Of a stretch of 64,000 nucleotides of DNA, positions 62,605 to 64,000 are shown one piece after another. The DNA is from Lama glama (Eukaryota). Each line of letters opens with the position of its first letter. The first letter of the stretch is position 1. A model generated the notes under the pieces. It saw only the letters and a program-made list of their open reading frames with translations. It ran no database searches and was not told the origin of the DNA. The position numbers were made by a program, and so were the translations under genes. The stretch is from NCBI GenBank assembly GCA_028534125.1, contig CM052816.1, forward strand, positions 58,654,001 to 58,718,000. The letters run 5' to 3'.

Positions 62605-64000
62605 AAAGGATTGAAAGGCATACAGATCTCAAATGAAGAAATAAAACTGTCATATGGATGATATGATGATCTATGTAGAAAATCCCAGGAAATCTATTTA
62701 TAAACTCTAGAACTAGTGAGCAGGAAAGGTTACAGGAAGATAAACATACAAAATCAACTGTAGTTCTACACACTAGCAATGAACATGTGGACACTGAAAT
62801 TAAAAACAATGCTATCTGGAATCACTCAAAAAGTACAATGAAATACTCTGGTGAAAATCTAACAAAATGTGTTAAGACTCATATACTGAAAACTATATAC
62901 TGAAAACTTTGATGAAATAAATCAAAGCTCTAAATAAATGAGACCGATCATGTTCATGGATTGGAAGATTAAATGTTATAAGGATGTCTATTCTCCTCAA
63001 ATTGTTAGACAGGTTTAACGCAATTCTTACCAAAATTCTGGCAAGGGAACTAAAATAGCTAAAATAACTTTGAATAAGAACAAAAGCGGGAGGAATCACT
63101 CTACCTGATTTCAAGACTTAACATATGGCTACTTTAAGACTATGGTATTGACAGAGGGATTGGTATTATAAACAGACCAAAAAAAAGACCCTTAATTTTC
63201 ATACCTCATATAAAAATTAACTGAAAACGAATCAAACTTAAATGTTAAATGTAGAACTATGAAACTATTAGAAACTCTTTGTTTTAAGCAGAGTTTTTTG
63301 ACTTTACGTCAAAAGCATTATTCATAAGAAGAAAAACTGATGAAACAGACTTAACCAAAATTAAAAAACTTCCCAGAGTAAACTGGGAAGACTCTGTGAG
63401 ATGAAAAGACAACTTACAGTGTAAGAGAAAATATTTGCAAACCACATACAAAATCAAAGGACGAGTATCTAGAGTATTATAAAGTGCTCAATAGTCAGCC
63501 AAAGCACAATCTAATTAAAAAGTGAGGAAAAGACATGAAGAGACATTTCATTAAAGCTATACAGATGACAAATAAGCACAAGAAAAGATATTCAACACCA
63601 TTAGTCATTACGAAATTGAAAATTGAAGTCACAATGAGTTATCACTATGCACCCCTCAGAATGCTTAAAAAAGTGACACCACCAAATGCTGGAGAGGATG
63701 CAGAGAAAGTAGATTACTCACGTATTGCTGGTGAGAATATAAAATGGTACAGCTCCTCTGGAAAGCAGTTCGGCAGTTTCTTAAGCTAAATATGCAACTA
63801 TCATGTGAGTCAGCAACTGTACTCCTGGGCATTTATCCCAGAGAAATAAAGACTTACACTTATACAAAAACCTGCACGTGAATGCTTAAAGTATTTTTAT
63901 TTCTAATAGCCCCAAACTAGAAACAATGCATATATCCTTCAATGAGTGAATAGTTAGACAAACTGGCACATTCATATCACTCAGCAATAAAAAGGAACTA
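62605..64000 (+). mobile_element. Old L1 ORF2 fragments in a CDK7 intron (antisense to CDK7)
   Basis: gatgatatgatgatctatgtagaaaatcc (degenerate RT FADD region), catgttcatggattggaaga, ctcctgggcatttatcccagagaaat. Confidence 0.82.

Overview
Mammalian genomic DNA, most likely a camelid, inferred from nine copies of a tRNA-Ala(AGC)-derived Vic-1-type SINE. It covers the conserved RAD17 - AK6/TAF9 - CCDC125 - CDK7 cluster. RAD17 (minus) contributes its 5' half: 8 coding exons at 3006-11888 plus an alternative-start cassette exon, and runs off the left edge. It shares a CpG-island promoter head-to-head with AK6 (plus; join 13634-13661,15518-15610,23582-23640,23729-23874,24719-24911 = 519 nt, 172 aa). 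TAF9 (265 aa, single coding exon 16411-17208) is nested in AK6 intron 2 as an alternative last exon. CCDC125 (plus; 11 coding exons 37112-53938 = 1539 nt, 512 aa) starts from a second CpG island near 30.3-31.0 kb. The last three coding exons of CDK7 (minus, 60091-62571) converge on it. I checked every exon by hand for GT-AG boundaries and phase continuity. Introns hold SINEs, L1s, MIR/L2, MLT1 LTRs and DNA transposons; there is one 500-N gap. I see no evidence of a wholly new system. The most interesting signals are predicted translational-control structures in three of the genes: a RAD17 cassette exon that terminates one N-terminus and carries a 45-aa uORF overlapping the alternative ATG, an AK6-derived uORF just before TAF9, and a TGATG stop-start uORF in CCDC125. 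Gene identities and repeat family names come from recalled orthologue and consensus sequences, not from database searches.
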